Part shown: positions 20,623-29,287 of the stretch, piece by piece
Layout of the letters: each line of letters opens with the position of its first letter
How positions within the stretch are numbered: position 1 is the stretch's first letter
Source: Candidatus Latescibacterota bacterium
Lineage (GTDB): Bacteria > Latescibacterota > UBA2968
NCBI GenBank assembly: GCA_965205975.1
Contig: OZ242195.1
Coordinates: 4,672,001-4,736,000 of the forward strand
Reading direction: 5' to 3'
DNA: 64,000 nt
Program-made: the position numbers and the translations under genes
The notes under the pieces: generated by a model
The model's input: only the letters and a program-made list of their open reading frames with translations
Told to the model about the DNA's origin: nothing
Database searches by the model: none

Positions 20623-21495
20623 ATGGTTATCAGGATTCTGCTTTTGCTCGTTGCTCTTACAGCTACTATCTCAGCGACCGATCTGGCGTGGTTTCATTGG
20701 AAGGATAATGACACGATCTCTTTTGGCGGGTTTGTACCCGAAATGAGAGCTGTAAAAGCAATTGTGGGAAAAGGTGATGAGGCACCGCGCATTGTGTATG
20801 GTGACCGTCACGGGGCAGTTTACGTGTTGGAAATGCAAGAGGGGCGCTTTCGAGAGGTGTGGAGAAGTCCTCCACTGAGGGCGGAGATTGCAGAAGTTTT
20901 TGTTCTGGATATCGATGTCGATGACGAGCTTGAGATCGTTGCATATACCCATACTGGAGATATTGCGTTTTATCGCGCCACCGATTTCCAGGAGATATGG
21001 CGAAGTCCGGACAATGAGTTTGCATCGGTTTCGGCTATGGTGATTGAAAATATTGACGACGATCCGCAGCTCGAGCTGGTGTTTTGCGGCGAAGATGCTG
21101 CGGAGAGTCGGAGCTATCGGTCGCCGACCGGATCGCGCGATAATCTCGCCCAGGATCGCGCCGCACAGATTGGGCGGTTGTTTGTGTTCGATTGCAAAAA
21201 TCTATTTTTAGAATGGAGTAGTGAGCAGGGGCTGTGGGCACAGAGTATGGCTGTTGGCGATCTCGACGATGACGGTGAGCTTGAGATTGTACTCAATACG
21301 GGGTTTGTTATTGGCGCGACTTATCAGCGCGTTGAGTGGGAATACCGCGATGGCTTTGGTGAGAAGATTGGCTACGCAGACATCGATGGCGATGGCATAC
21401 CCGAGTTGATCGGCGAGACGAAAAAGCCCCATCAATTTATTCGCATTTTTGATGTGGATCTGCAATCCGAGAGTTTTTTGAGTTCGGGTAGATAG
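20623..21495 (+). CDS. Secreted FG-GAP/VCBS repeat protein
   Basis: Signal peptide; repeated DIDxDxxxEI-type motifs (DIDVDDELEI, DLDDDGELEI, DIDGDGIPEL). Confidence 0.75.
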   Translation: MVIRILLLLVALTATISATDLAWFHWKDNDTISFGGFVPEMRAVKAIVGKGDEAPRIVYGDRHGAVYVLEMQEGRFREVWRSPPLRAEIAEVFVLDIDVDDELEIVAYTHTGDIAFYRATDFQEIWRSPDNEFASVSAMVIENIDDDPQLELVFCGEDAAESRSYRSPTGSRDNLAQDRAAQIGRLFVFDCKNLFLEWSSEQGLWAQSMAVGDLDDDGELEIVLNTGFVIGATYQRVEWEYRDGFGEKIGYADIDGDGIPELIGETKKPHQFIRIFDVDLQSESFLSSGR

Positions 21496-21604
21496 AAGTG
21501 TGAAGTAGGAAGTGTGAATAACCGTAGGGGCGAGGCATGCGTCATCGCGGCATGATTTTGAGCCGCGATCCAGAAGGTTTTGCTGATAGCTGACCGCTGA
21601 TAGC
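21496..21604. repeat. Composite intergenic repeat cluster (heptamer repeats, partial GTAG-REP, GTCATC-type palindrome)
   Basis: gaagtgt-gaagtag-gaagtgt; GTAGGGGCGAGGCATGC at 21524; ATCGCGGC/GCCGCGAT inverted repeat 21544-21569; gctgata-gctgacc-gctgata. Confidence 0.7.
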
Positions 21605-21660
21605 TTGTTTATCTTGACGGTCTCTAACAAAATGGGTAAATTCATTCACGAACGAGTTGT

Positions 21661-21737
21661 CGGAGCGTAGCGCAGCTCGGTAGCGCACCATCTTGGGGTG
21701 ATGGGGGTCGCTGGTTCAAATCCAGTCGCTCCGACCA
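21661..21737 (+). tRNA. tRNA-Pro (anticodon GGG)
   Basis: Cloverleaf CGGAGCG...CGCTCCG-ACCA; anticodon arm CCATC-TTGGGGT-GATGG; T-loop GGTTCAAATCC. Confidence 0.97.
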
Positions 21738-21745
21738 TAATAATA

Positions 21746-21778
21746 CAGGGGTTATGCTTTTATTGCATAACCCCTTGT
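21746..21778 (+). terminator. Hairpin after tRNA-Pro(GGG)
   Basis: GGGGTTATGC...GCATAACCCC followed by a T-rich tract. Confidence 0.7.
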
Positions 21779-21837
21779 TTTGTGACTGTTAGACAGACGG
21801 AAGTAAAAATAAATAGCGGCGAGAGGAGGTTTGTGCA

Positions 21838-23598
21838 ATGTCAGACATGTTCTCAGACGATATAACGAAAGCAGATAGTTTGCAAATGAGTGAGGTCTTT
21901 GGATTTATGAATCCTGAATATCACGAGGCTGTGGTCAAACGCGCGCTCAATTCGAGGGATAAGGTGTCAAAAGAAGCGCGGGGATCGCTCAACTCGGCTA
22001 TAAACAGCACAGTAAAAGTACCGCAGTTCCCAAAAGAACCCGCCAGAGCACCGACGCCTTATCTCATGGCGCATGTCCTGAAAGCCGTGACAATATTAGA
22101 CAAGCTAACCGGCGCAGTTTTGAAGGTCTGGGCAGAGTCCCATGATGCGCTCGGCACTGTGGTTGTTAAGCATCTGGCGGATCTGGCAATGCCAGCTGAA
22201 TATCCAGATTTTTCGGGAAATCGGTTCCGAGGCACCTGGTTCAGGGATGCCTGGGCGCATGAGACGGATAAAATTCTCGAACGCCACGGCGAGTTTGATA
22301 AAGATGATGTCGCTTTGATGCTGTGCTATGTATCGGGCAAAATACCCGGGTCTCGAGAGACAAAAGACAATATTTTATCGCAAGGCATCGAATATTTGAG
22401 ATCTCTGCCGCCCAATGCATCTGAATGGGAGCAGGAGATTCCAGAGTTTATCGAAACGCTGAATGCTATCCGAAAGATAAAAGAAAAACAACGCGGTCAG
22501 GCGGTTGAGCTTGACGCTACGATTGCCGATATCGGAGATGCTTTTTCAGCGGAACTGACATTTTTCCAACGAGATGCAACGGCATGGTCTGTGGCGCAAC
22601 TTTCACCGGATGTGGATATTTTAGAGGCACTTCAATTGGCAAAAGAGTTGCAGTGTTTGCTGACCGAGTATCAATCTGTTAATGAAATAGCGCCTATTTT
22701 TAGCGAGGAGCAAATTAGAAGACAGAAACGGGCGGAGTTGGAGTCTCGTATCTTGCCGATGATGGACCGCATAGATCGGCTTATGGGCGGGAACCAGGGT
22801 CCGGATGACGATTCTCCATCGGGGATAGATGTGGTGGACGACTTCGACGACTCGACAGAGCACACCGAAGTCAGAAGTTCCTCTGGTGAAGCAGAAGCAC
22901 AACAGCCTACAGGTGAGGTGGTAGAGCCTCCCGAGGCTCCAGATGAGGATGTGAAATCAGATAGAGAAAATGAGCGCGCGTTTTCCGATGAAGATTACAC
23001 TTCTTTGCTATCGGATAATCAACATCTCAATATTGAGATCGAATCGCTGCAAACCCAATTGGACACGAGTGAGAAGGAGGCCGAAATTTGGCGCGTGGCT
23101 TATATCGAGGAGGCGAGCAAGGGGGCGATAATTGCGGGTGAAGATGAGGATTTGTCTATTGAGGGCGTGAATGATGCTGTCGAGCTTGCCAAAGAAAGAT
23201 TTGACGATAAACTAATCTTCCAACTCAATGGGAAATCGCGCGTTGAAGCTAACCCATTCATTCATCCCAAAGCCGTGTGGGACGCGCTGCAATGGCTGGC
23301 GACCACGTATTATGAGTCTCGCATAGGGAAAATCAGTCTGACAAATCCCGATGTGTCAATCCGCGAAGCGTGTAAGTGGCGGTACAAACGACGGCAAAGC
23401 GATATTACAATGAAGAAGTACAAAAGTTGGTACACCACTATGGTTGGAAACAAGATCCATTGGCTCAAAGAGCATATCGGAACGGGGATCAGTAAGGATG
23501 CACGCTATACCATTCGGATCGCCTTTGAGTGGGACAAGAGCAAGGAGCGTGTTGTTATTGGTTTTATCGGCCAGCACCAACAGACAGACGCGACCTGA
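21838..23598 (+). CDS. Hypothetical 586-aa coiled-coil protein with a putative RelE/ParE(BECR)-like C-terminal nuclease domain
   Basis: Long ORF with GAGGAGG RBS; acidic linker and coiled coil; C-terminus EHIGTG...RYTIRIAFEWD...VVIGFIGQH. Confidence 0.6.
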   Translation: MSDMFSDDITKADSLQMSEVFGFMNPEYHEAVVKRALNSRDKVSKEARGSLNSAINSTVKVPQFPKEPARAPTPYLMAHVLKAVTILDKLTGAVLKVWAESHDALGTVVVKHLADLAMPAEYPDFSGNRFRGTWFRDAWAHETDKILERHGEFDKDDVALMLCYVSGKIPGSRETKDNILSQGIEYLRSLPPNASEWEQEIPEFIETLNAIRKIKEKQRGQAVELDATIADIGDAFSAELTFFQRDATAWSVAQLSPDVDILEALQLAKELQCLLTEYQSVNEIAPIFSEEQIRRQKRAELESRILPMMDRIDRLMGGNQGPDDDSPSGIDVVDDFDDSTEHTEVRSSSGEAEAQQPTGEVVEPPEAPDEDVKSDRENERAFSDEDYTSLLSDNQHLNIEIESLQTQLDTSEKEAEIWRVAYIEEASKGAIIAGEDEDLSIEGVNDAVELAKERFDDKLIFQLNGKSRVEANPFIHPKAVWDALQWLATTYYESRIGKISLTNPDVSIREACKWRYKRRQSDITMKKYKSWYTTMVGNKIHWLKEHIGTGISKDARYTIRIAFEWDKSKERVVIGFIGQHQQTDAT

Positions 23599-23622
23599 GA
23601 AGTGTGAAAGCCAGCTCTCTTT

Positions 23623-24231
23623 TTAGTTTTTCTGAAATTTCTCGGCATCGGTAGGCCATTGAATATCTCTGCACTTATCGGCATGCCATAGCAGTTCGCG
23701 CGAAAGCTTTTGAGCAGGGGGAGGTAATTGAACTATAACGACCTGGAGACCTGCGATCCGACCGTGTTTCATAGCAGGCACACAATCGGTGTCACCCGAT
23801 ACGAGGATGATCCGGTCCACGGCTTTTGAAACCGAAAAAGTCGCAATATCGAGCCCAAGACGCATGTCAACGCCTTTTTGTTCAAAATCCGGGTAAAAAT
23901 CATCATCGGAAAGTGAAGTGCTCTTTACTGGAATCTTTTTGAGCTTGAAGCCCCGAAATTTCAGAACGCCACGACGAACCGCAAAGTAGTCTTTGGCCGC
24001 CAGAATATCCAGCCAGCCATGTGCGTCAAATGTTCTCCTGTCTCCAGACACTGGAAGACGCACTGTACCTGTGTATGGATCGCAGTCGTAATATAAAATC
24101 CGAAAAAGTTGCTCATTCTTATGAATGATACTCAGGGCTACCCTCTCAATAAAATCTGGATTATAGCGATAGACCGGACTTGCTGCTTTCCTCAAATAGC
24201 CCCCATCAATCAAAATCGTCACTTTCGGCAT
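23623..24231 (-). CDS. NYN domain (LabA/DUF88) ribonuclease
   Basis: ILIDGGY, RILYYDC, EQKGVDMRLGLD, LVSGDTDCVPA. Confidence 0.92.
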   Translation of the reverse strand: MPKVTILIDGGYLRKAASPVYRYNPDFIERVALSIIHKNEQLFRILYYDCDPYTGTVRLPVSGDRRTFDAHGWLDILAAKDYFAVRRGVLKFRGFKLKKIPVKSTSLSDDDFYPDFEQKGVDMRLGLDIATFSVSKAVDRIILVSGDTDCVPAMKHGRIAGLQVVIVQLPPPAQKLSRELLWHADKCRDIQWPTDAEKFQKN

Positions 24232-24247
24232 ACACGTACCTCTAATA

Positions 24248-24284
24248 AAAAATAAAAGCCCCTGTGCGTCACCACACGGGGGCT
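24248..24284 (-). terminator. Terminator-like hairpin in the 5' leader of the NYN gene
   Basis: Minus strand AGCCCC-C-GTGTG-GTGA-CGCAC-A-GGGGCT then TTTATTTTT. Confidence 0.75.
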
Positions 24285-24324
24285 AAAAGATAGACTCGCC
24301 TACGAGCGTAGCGGATATGAATCA

Positions 24325-24353
24325 AATGTAGCGTATTCCCTGCTTTTTGTCAA
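24325..24353 (-). promoter_or_regulatory. Sigma-70 promoter for the NYN leader
   Basis: Minus strand TTGACA-17 nt-TACATT. Confidence 0.75.
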
Positions 24354-24398
24354 CTGAACAGCGTGAAGGGATAGGTCTCAAATTTTTCAGGAGGCACT

Positions 24399-25100
24399 AT
24401 GGACAATCAGAAAATTCTGATTGTAGATCACGACCTGCTTGTAATCTCAGAGCTTGCGGGATTCTTGTGGGATGAACCCTATGAAATATGCCTGGCAGGA
24501 TATGGGATAGAAGGTCTTGAAATTTTGAGAAAAGAGGATATTGATCTTGCTGTTGTTGAGCTACATGTAGAGGGTATAGATGGTATAACGCTATTGAAGC
24601 ATGTGAAGGAGGAAAAAATTCAGACAGCTATGCTGATCATGACGAGTTTGAGATCTGCAGAATTGGGCGAACAACTGATCAAGGCTGGCGCTGCAAGTGT
24701 ATTTGACAAACCAATAGAGAGAGATGTTTTTTTGAAACAGGTCAAAAGATATATGCCTCCACAAGATATGTGGAAGACCAGGTTTGAAGTATTTTTGGAG
24801 GATCATTACAGCAATTCAGATCTAAAATTTGAAGACGTCATGCGCTATTTCCGATTTTCTAAGTCGCATGGTTACGCATTGTTCAAAAAACATTTGGGCA
24901 AGACCTTTCGTGAAGCATTGAGGGAGGTTAGAATTGAAAAGGCAAAATTATTGATTGAAGAAACGCCATTGCCAATTTTTGAAATTGCAGCACACTGTGG
25001 TTTTCGTTCATCATCGCGTTTAAACGAAGCTTTTAAGAGATTATATGGCATGTCTCCTCGTGCTTATCGACAAAAAGAGGACATACGCGTAAGAAATTAG
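24399..25100 (+). CDS. Response regulator: receiver-like domain plus AraC HTH
   Basis: ILIVDHD...DLAVVE (Glu at the expected phospho-Asp position); LREVRIEKAK, EIAAHCGF, FKRLYGMSPRAYR. Confidence 0.88.
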   Translation: MDNQKILIVDHDLLVISELAGFLWDEPYEICLAGYGIEGLEILRKEDIDLAVVELHVEGIDGITLLKHVKEEKIQTAMLIMTSLRSAELGEQLIKAGAASVFDKPIERDVFLKQVKRYMPPQDMWKTRFEVFLEDHYSNSDLKFEDVMRYFRFSKSHGYALFKKHLGKTFREALREVRIEKAKLLIEETPLPIFEIAAHCGFRSSSRLNEAFKRLYGMSPRAYRQKEDIRVRN

Positions 25101-25153
25101 ACATATAATGCAAAAAAGAGGACATACGCGTAATAAATCAGACGTACGCGTAA
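25080..25153 (+). repeat. Four phased direct repeats GAC(A/G)TACGCGTAA, 20-21 bp period (second copy degenerate)
   Basis: Copies start at 25080, 25100, 25121 and 25141. Confidence 0.8.
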
Positions 25154-25311
25154 TTTTTTGCTGTTGAAATTGTAGTAGCAATTGTGTTATTTTTGGAAAC
25201 GTGTGAATAAAAACTCAGGAAAGCTCAACGGCTGCGGGTTGTTTTTCTGGGTCCTTCCAGAAAAATTAGGGACCGGTCCTCCCTTCCCGCAGCCTATTTT
25301 ATTTTTCTTAC

Positions 25312-26802
25312 CTATGGATTGAAGACCTCAAATTTGCCGTTCTTGACGATCAGGATAATCGGGTCGTAAATCGCGTCTCCATTGGCGTCAAAAGAGAATT
25401 TGCCCAGGATCGTGTCCAGGTCTCTGGTTTTTGCCAGGGCGTCTCGAATTGCTCTTGAGTCAATTGATTGGGCATTGGCGATGGCGTTTGATAGGATATG
25501 GACAGTGGTGTATGATTGTGCGGTGAATGCGCTGGGTTCAACACCGGCTCTCATTGTGTAATTATCGACGAATGCGCGATTCCCCGGCGTGTCAGCCGTG
25601 CTGGTCCATGCGGTAAAACTAATCGCTCCCTCGGCGGCAGCACCGGCGCGTTCTATTTCGCCTGGGGTCAGGGTCTGCGTGATGAAGTGAACTTCGGGAG
25701 GAATACCGATTTGCCGAGTCTGGATCAGTATATCATTCGCCTCTGTTATTGGAAGCGCAGAGAGGAAGATGGCGTCTGGATTCGATTCTTTTATTCGGGT
25801 TAATTGTTCCGAGAAGTCAGTCTGACCAACCTGGAAGGACTCTGTGATCAGAACTTCGACGCCGTTTTGATGGAGTGTTTCTTTAATTATTGCGTCGCTA
25901 TTTGGGGCAAAGACATCGCCAGCCTGGAATATTGTGGCGGCCTTTTGATAGCCGAGTTTCTTATGCGTTGTCCTGACACCACCGGGTATAAGCCAGTTAA
26001 CTGTGAGACTGGTGCGGAAGAGGAAATCGCCCATTGCGCTGAGGCCAGGGGAGGCTGAGGTTGGACTAATCGCCACGACTTCGTTTTGTTGGGCGATGGG
26101 AAATGCCTCACGGGCTGAACTCGAGGTGTACGGGCCGATGATGACAGATACACCGTCTTGATGAATCAGTTTATTATAAGCTTCAACAGAGCCTTCTGGC
26201 GTGCTGCGATTGTCTTCCATAATGAAATTGATTTTTGATCCGCCGAATAGCGATGAACGGTTGATTTCTTCGCGTGCGAGTTCAAAGCCAGCTATAAGCG
26301 ACTGACCACCTGCACTGAGTTGTCCCGTCAGAGGCAGGACGACGCCAATGGTAATTTCTGCTGGGAGACCTTCTAATGTCAGTTGTGCCTTCTCGCCAAT
26401 GGGTAAGTTGAGCCGTACTTTGTCGCCTGCGTTAATTGGAATGCTGGTCCAGGCTCCGATCTCGATCCCGTCTTGTGAGGCACGCGCTTGATAATAACCA
26501 TTGCCCGCTGTGATCTCTATCCGCGCACGACCGTTCTCATCGGTCATGTCTGACCACTGATAATCCGCTTTTTGTCCCGCAATAGAACGCGCAAATTCTA
26601 CTTTTGCCCCGCTTACAGGTGCGTCGTCCTGCTGCACAGTGGCTAAGACCACAGCATTTTGTTGTGCGGCCAATTTGCTCAGGGGACGGCCAATCTGTTC
26701 TTCTGTCCCAATTTCTGACTGCGTTACGCGCTCACTGCCACAATTCCATATCATTCCTGCGGCAAGGGCTATTGCGATTATACTGCGAATATTTTGCAAC
26801 AT
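25312..26802 (-). CDS. Branched-chain amino-acid (LivJ/K-type) ABC substrate-binding lipoprotein with an extra N-terminal beta-sandwich domain
   Basis: Signal ...IWNC; ITIGVVLPLTG, GFELAREEIN, IIGPYTSS, GQTDFSEQL, GKFSFDANGD. Confidence 0.88.
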   Translation of the reverse strand: MLQNIRSIIAIALAAGMIWNCGSERVTQSEIGTEEQIGRPLSKLAAQQNAVVLATVQQDDAPVSGAKVEFARSIAGQKADYQWSDMTDENGRARIEITAGNGYYQARASQDGIEIGAWTSIPINAGDKVRLNLPIGEKAQLTLEGLPAEITIGVVLPLTGQLSAGGQSLIAGFELAREEINRSSLFGGSKINFIMEDNRSTPEGSVEAYNKLIHQDGVSVIIGPYTSSSAREAFPIAQQNEVVAISPTSASPGLSAMGDFLFRTSLTVNWLIPGGVRTTHKKLGYQKAATIFQAGDVFAPNSDAIIKETLHQNGVEVLITESFQVGQTDFSEQLTRIKESNPDAIFLSALPITEANDILIQTRQIGIPPEVHFITQTLTPGEIERAGAAAEGAISFTAWTSTADTPGNRAFVDNYTMRAGVEPSAFTAQSYTTVHILSNAIANAQSIDSRAIRDALAKTRDLDTILGKFSFDANGDAIYDPIILIVKNGKFEVFNP

Positions 26803-26828
26803 GGTGGTCTCCTGAAAGCGGTATAGAG

Positions 26829-26864
26829 AAAATCCCAGGACGGTTTTTCCCATCCTGGGATTTT
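26829..26864. terminator. Hairpin downstream of the DUF5069 gene
   Basis: AAAATCCCAGGA...TCCTGGGATTTT. Confidence 0.7.
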
Positions 26865-26885
26865 TTGTGCGAGATGGACGGGTGT

Positions 26886-27326
26886 CTATCCCGTCAGTTG
26901 TGTGTGAAATTCTGTCCAGTCATCGAGGTTGTTCAGGTTGATGGCGTCGAGAATTGTGCCGTCGTCGTCAATGCCTGCTGCACCGAGGATGGCCCCGCGG
27001 ACATCGTCTGCGTGGTTATAACCCTCGATTGCGGCGTTGAGTTCTGCAACGGCATTGCTGTCGAGGCTGCCGCCGCTCTGTGTGATTACCCATGCTTCAA
27101 ATTCCGGATAGGAGGGTAGATTTTCGGTGAGATAGGCGACGGTGGTATCGCGGTCGAGACCCAGTCCATCGAGAACCATCTGGTCGTAGCCCATGCCGCA
27201 CTGGTCATATCCTTCTTCGAGGTTGCCCGTGGCACCCAACAGGACTTTGCTCCACAGGCGAGGAAGATGGAGTACGCCCGCTGGTCCTGCTACACCTGAA
27301 CTGATGAGGGGGATTGTTCCTGCCAT
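26886..27326 (-). CDS. DUF5069-like protein
   Basis: PLISSGVAGPAGVLHLPRLWSK, GMGYDQMVLDGLG, LNNLDDW. Confidence 0.75.
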   Translation of the reverse strand: MAGTIPLISSGVAGPAGVLHLPRLWSKVLLGATGNLEEGYDQCGMGYDQMVLDGLGLDRDTTVAYLTENLPSYPEFEAWVITQSGGSLDSNAVAELNAAIEGYNHADDVRGAILGAAGIDDDGTILDAINLNNLDDWTEFHTQLTG

Positions 27327-27403
27327 TTTTTACTCCTTTTGAATATGGTTCATCGACCAGCACGCGAATGATTGGGGAGGTGCTGGTGATCTGAACCGCG
27401 TTA

Positions 27404-27459
27404 AACGAATCAGCGAATCAACGAATAGACGAATCAACGAAGCGGTGTACAACTGGTTC
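27404..27459. repeat. Octamer tandem repeat (AACGAATC) plus GTACAACTGGTTC tail
   Basis: About 4.5 degenerate copies; same unit and tail recur at 43755-43825. Confidence 0.8.
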
Positions 27460-27491
27460 AAGCCAGTTTGTCAGCGCATCGGTATGGCCGT

Positions 27492-28001
27492 TTATTTTGC
27501 CAAAGCACCTTTTTGATCTTTGTTGAGTGTCCAGGTATCGACGACACCGTTTGAATATGTTACGGTGAGTTGTGTGCCGATAAATTCATATTGCGTTCCG
27601 TTGTCGTGGGTAAGTGTGACGCGCGCATCGTCAGAGGAGATTTGTCCCGTGCCATTTTGGGTGGTTGTGTCATAAACTACATCTGTGCTATCTGTCGCTA
27701 CATCGCCGATTCTGAGTTTGGATTGATATGTAAATGTCGTGCCTTGCAGATCGTATAGACGGTCTATGACTCTGATGCTCTGTCTGTCGTCGGTTAGGGA
27801 AAGATGTACTTTAGCCTGGGTGGGTGTGGTTGGAAACCATTCGATGAGGCCGCTGATTTGCGGACTCTGGATGATTTCACCCTGCGCGGGTTTGCGAGAC
27901 TCCAATAGCCAGGTTCCGCGAAGCTCTGCCTGGTGTTTGGTGTCGTCGCTGCAACCAATTAGTAAGGTACAAAAGACGAGTGTTATAGATGTGCGCAACA
28001 T
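27492..28001 (-). CDS. Hypothetical lipoprotein (lipocalin-like)
   Basis: LLIGC lipobox; LRGTWLL. Confidence 0.7.
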   Translation of the reverse strand: MLRTSITLVFCTLLIGCSDDTKHQAELRGTWLLESRKPAQGEIIQSPQISGLIEWFPTTPTQAKVHLSLTDDRQSIRVIDRLYDLQGTTFTYQSKLRIGDVATDSTDVVYDTTTQNGTGQISSDDARVTLTHDNGTQYEFIGTQLTVTYSNGVVDTWTLNKDQKGALAK

Positions 28002-28137
28002 AAAAATCTCCTGTCAAGACGTCAAGGGTCGATCAAAGCAAAACGGTTGCGTTTCGCGTGCGAACAATAAAAAGGGAATTATTGCCTTGTCAAGGACAAA
28101 CTGTTGTGTGCAGTGGGTTCTCGTTCTATATTTTGAT

Positions 28138-28236
28138 CCGCAGATGAACGCAGATGGACGCAGATGTGTAGGGGCAGTGCCTCGTGCCTGCCCGCCAGAT
28201 GGACGCAGATGTGTAGGGGCGAGGCATGCCTCGCCC
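28138..28236. repeat. CGCAGATG(G/A)A decamer repeats interleaved with two GTAG-REP palindromes
   Basis: GTAGGGGCAGTGCCTCGTGCCTGCCC at 28168 and GTAGGGGCGAGGCATGCCTCGCCC at 28213. Confidence 0.8.
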
Positions 28237-28274
28237 GTCATTGCCTTTAAATGGGAGCGATGGAAATGGAAGAG

Positions 28275-29201
28275 ATGGCGCACAGACCAAAGCGGTCTTT
28301 GAAAAGCTATGTTGGTATCGCGCTGAGGGGTGTGTGCATGGGGGCTGCCGATGTTGTACCCGGCGTGTCGGGGGGCACCATGGCGCTGATTACGGGTATT
28401 TATGAAGAGTTGATTCTTTCGATCCGTTCTTTTGATGCGCGATCTGCACGGCTTCTGATGGGGTTGCGAATAAGAGAGTTGTTCGATTATGTGCGCTGGC
28501 CTTTTTTGTGCGCGCTTGTCGCAGGGATTCTCTTTGCGATTTTTTCACTGTCGCGCGCGATTACTTATTTGCTGGAGAATGAGCCTGTTTCCCTGTGGTC
28601 CTTTTTCTTTGGGCTGGTGTTGGCGTCTGTTTTTACGGTGGGGAGGCGCATTCCGCAGTGGAATTTGAGAATGTTTTTGGGTGCTGTTGGGGCAACGCTA
28701 TGTGCATATTTTCTGGTCGGGTTGGTGCCGGTTGAAATGCCGCATAGCCCGCCGTATATTTTTTGTTCTGCTGTGGTTGCGATTTGCGCGATGATTTTGC
28801 CCGGTATTTCCGGGTCCTTTGTGCTGGTCTTGCTGGGGCAATATCCCTATCTTCTCAACGCAGTCAATACGCGCGATCTGTTTACAATTGCACTGTTTGG
28901 TGCGGGTGCTGTGGTTGGACTTATGGCGTTTTCGCGCGTTCTGAACTGGTTTTTTCGGCATTATCACGATTTGACGATTGCGCTGTTGACCGGGCTGATG
29001 CTGGGGTCGCTCAGGAAGATCTGGCCGTGGAAAGAGACGCTGGAGACGATGGTCAATGGGCACGGGGAGGTGGTGCCTCTGGTTCAGGTGAATGCGTTGC
29101 CCGAGGTGTGGTCGGGCGAGGTGATGGAGGCAATAGGACTCGCGCTTTTTGGTCTGGGGCTGGTGCTCGTTCTCGAGCGTTTGGCCGGGCGCAGGAGGTG
29201 A
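28275..29201 (+). CDS. DUF368 family membrane protein
   Basis: MGAADVVPGVSGGTMALITGIYE, AMILPGISGS, GSLRKIWPW. Confidence 0.93.
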   Translation: MAHRPKRSLKSYVGIALRGVCMGAADVVPGVSGGTMALITGIYEELILSIRSFDARSARLLMGLRIRELFDYVRWPFLCALVAGILFAIFSLSRAITYLLENEPVSLWSFFFGLVLASVFTVGRRIPQWNLRMFLGAVGATLCAYFLVGLVPVEMPHSPPYIFCSAVVAICAMILPGISGSFVLVLLGQYPYLLNAVNTRDLFTIALFGAGAVVGLMAFSRVLNWFFRHYHDLTIALLTGLMLGSLRKIWPWKETLETMVNGHGEVVPLVQVNALPEVWSGEVMEAIGLALFGLGLVLVLERLAGRRR

Positions 29202-29287
29202 GATTCTGAATTTTTCTTGACAGGTCCGCGTTTTGGAAAATACATTGTTATGAAATATTTCTTCATCCTTAACCTATCGAGGTAAAT

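Noticed and set aside
21738..25300. Integrative element or prophage at tRNA-Pro(GGG)
   Set aside because: No integrase, phage genes or duplicated tRNA 3' end found by eye. Treated only as an accessory islet.
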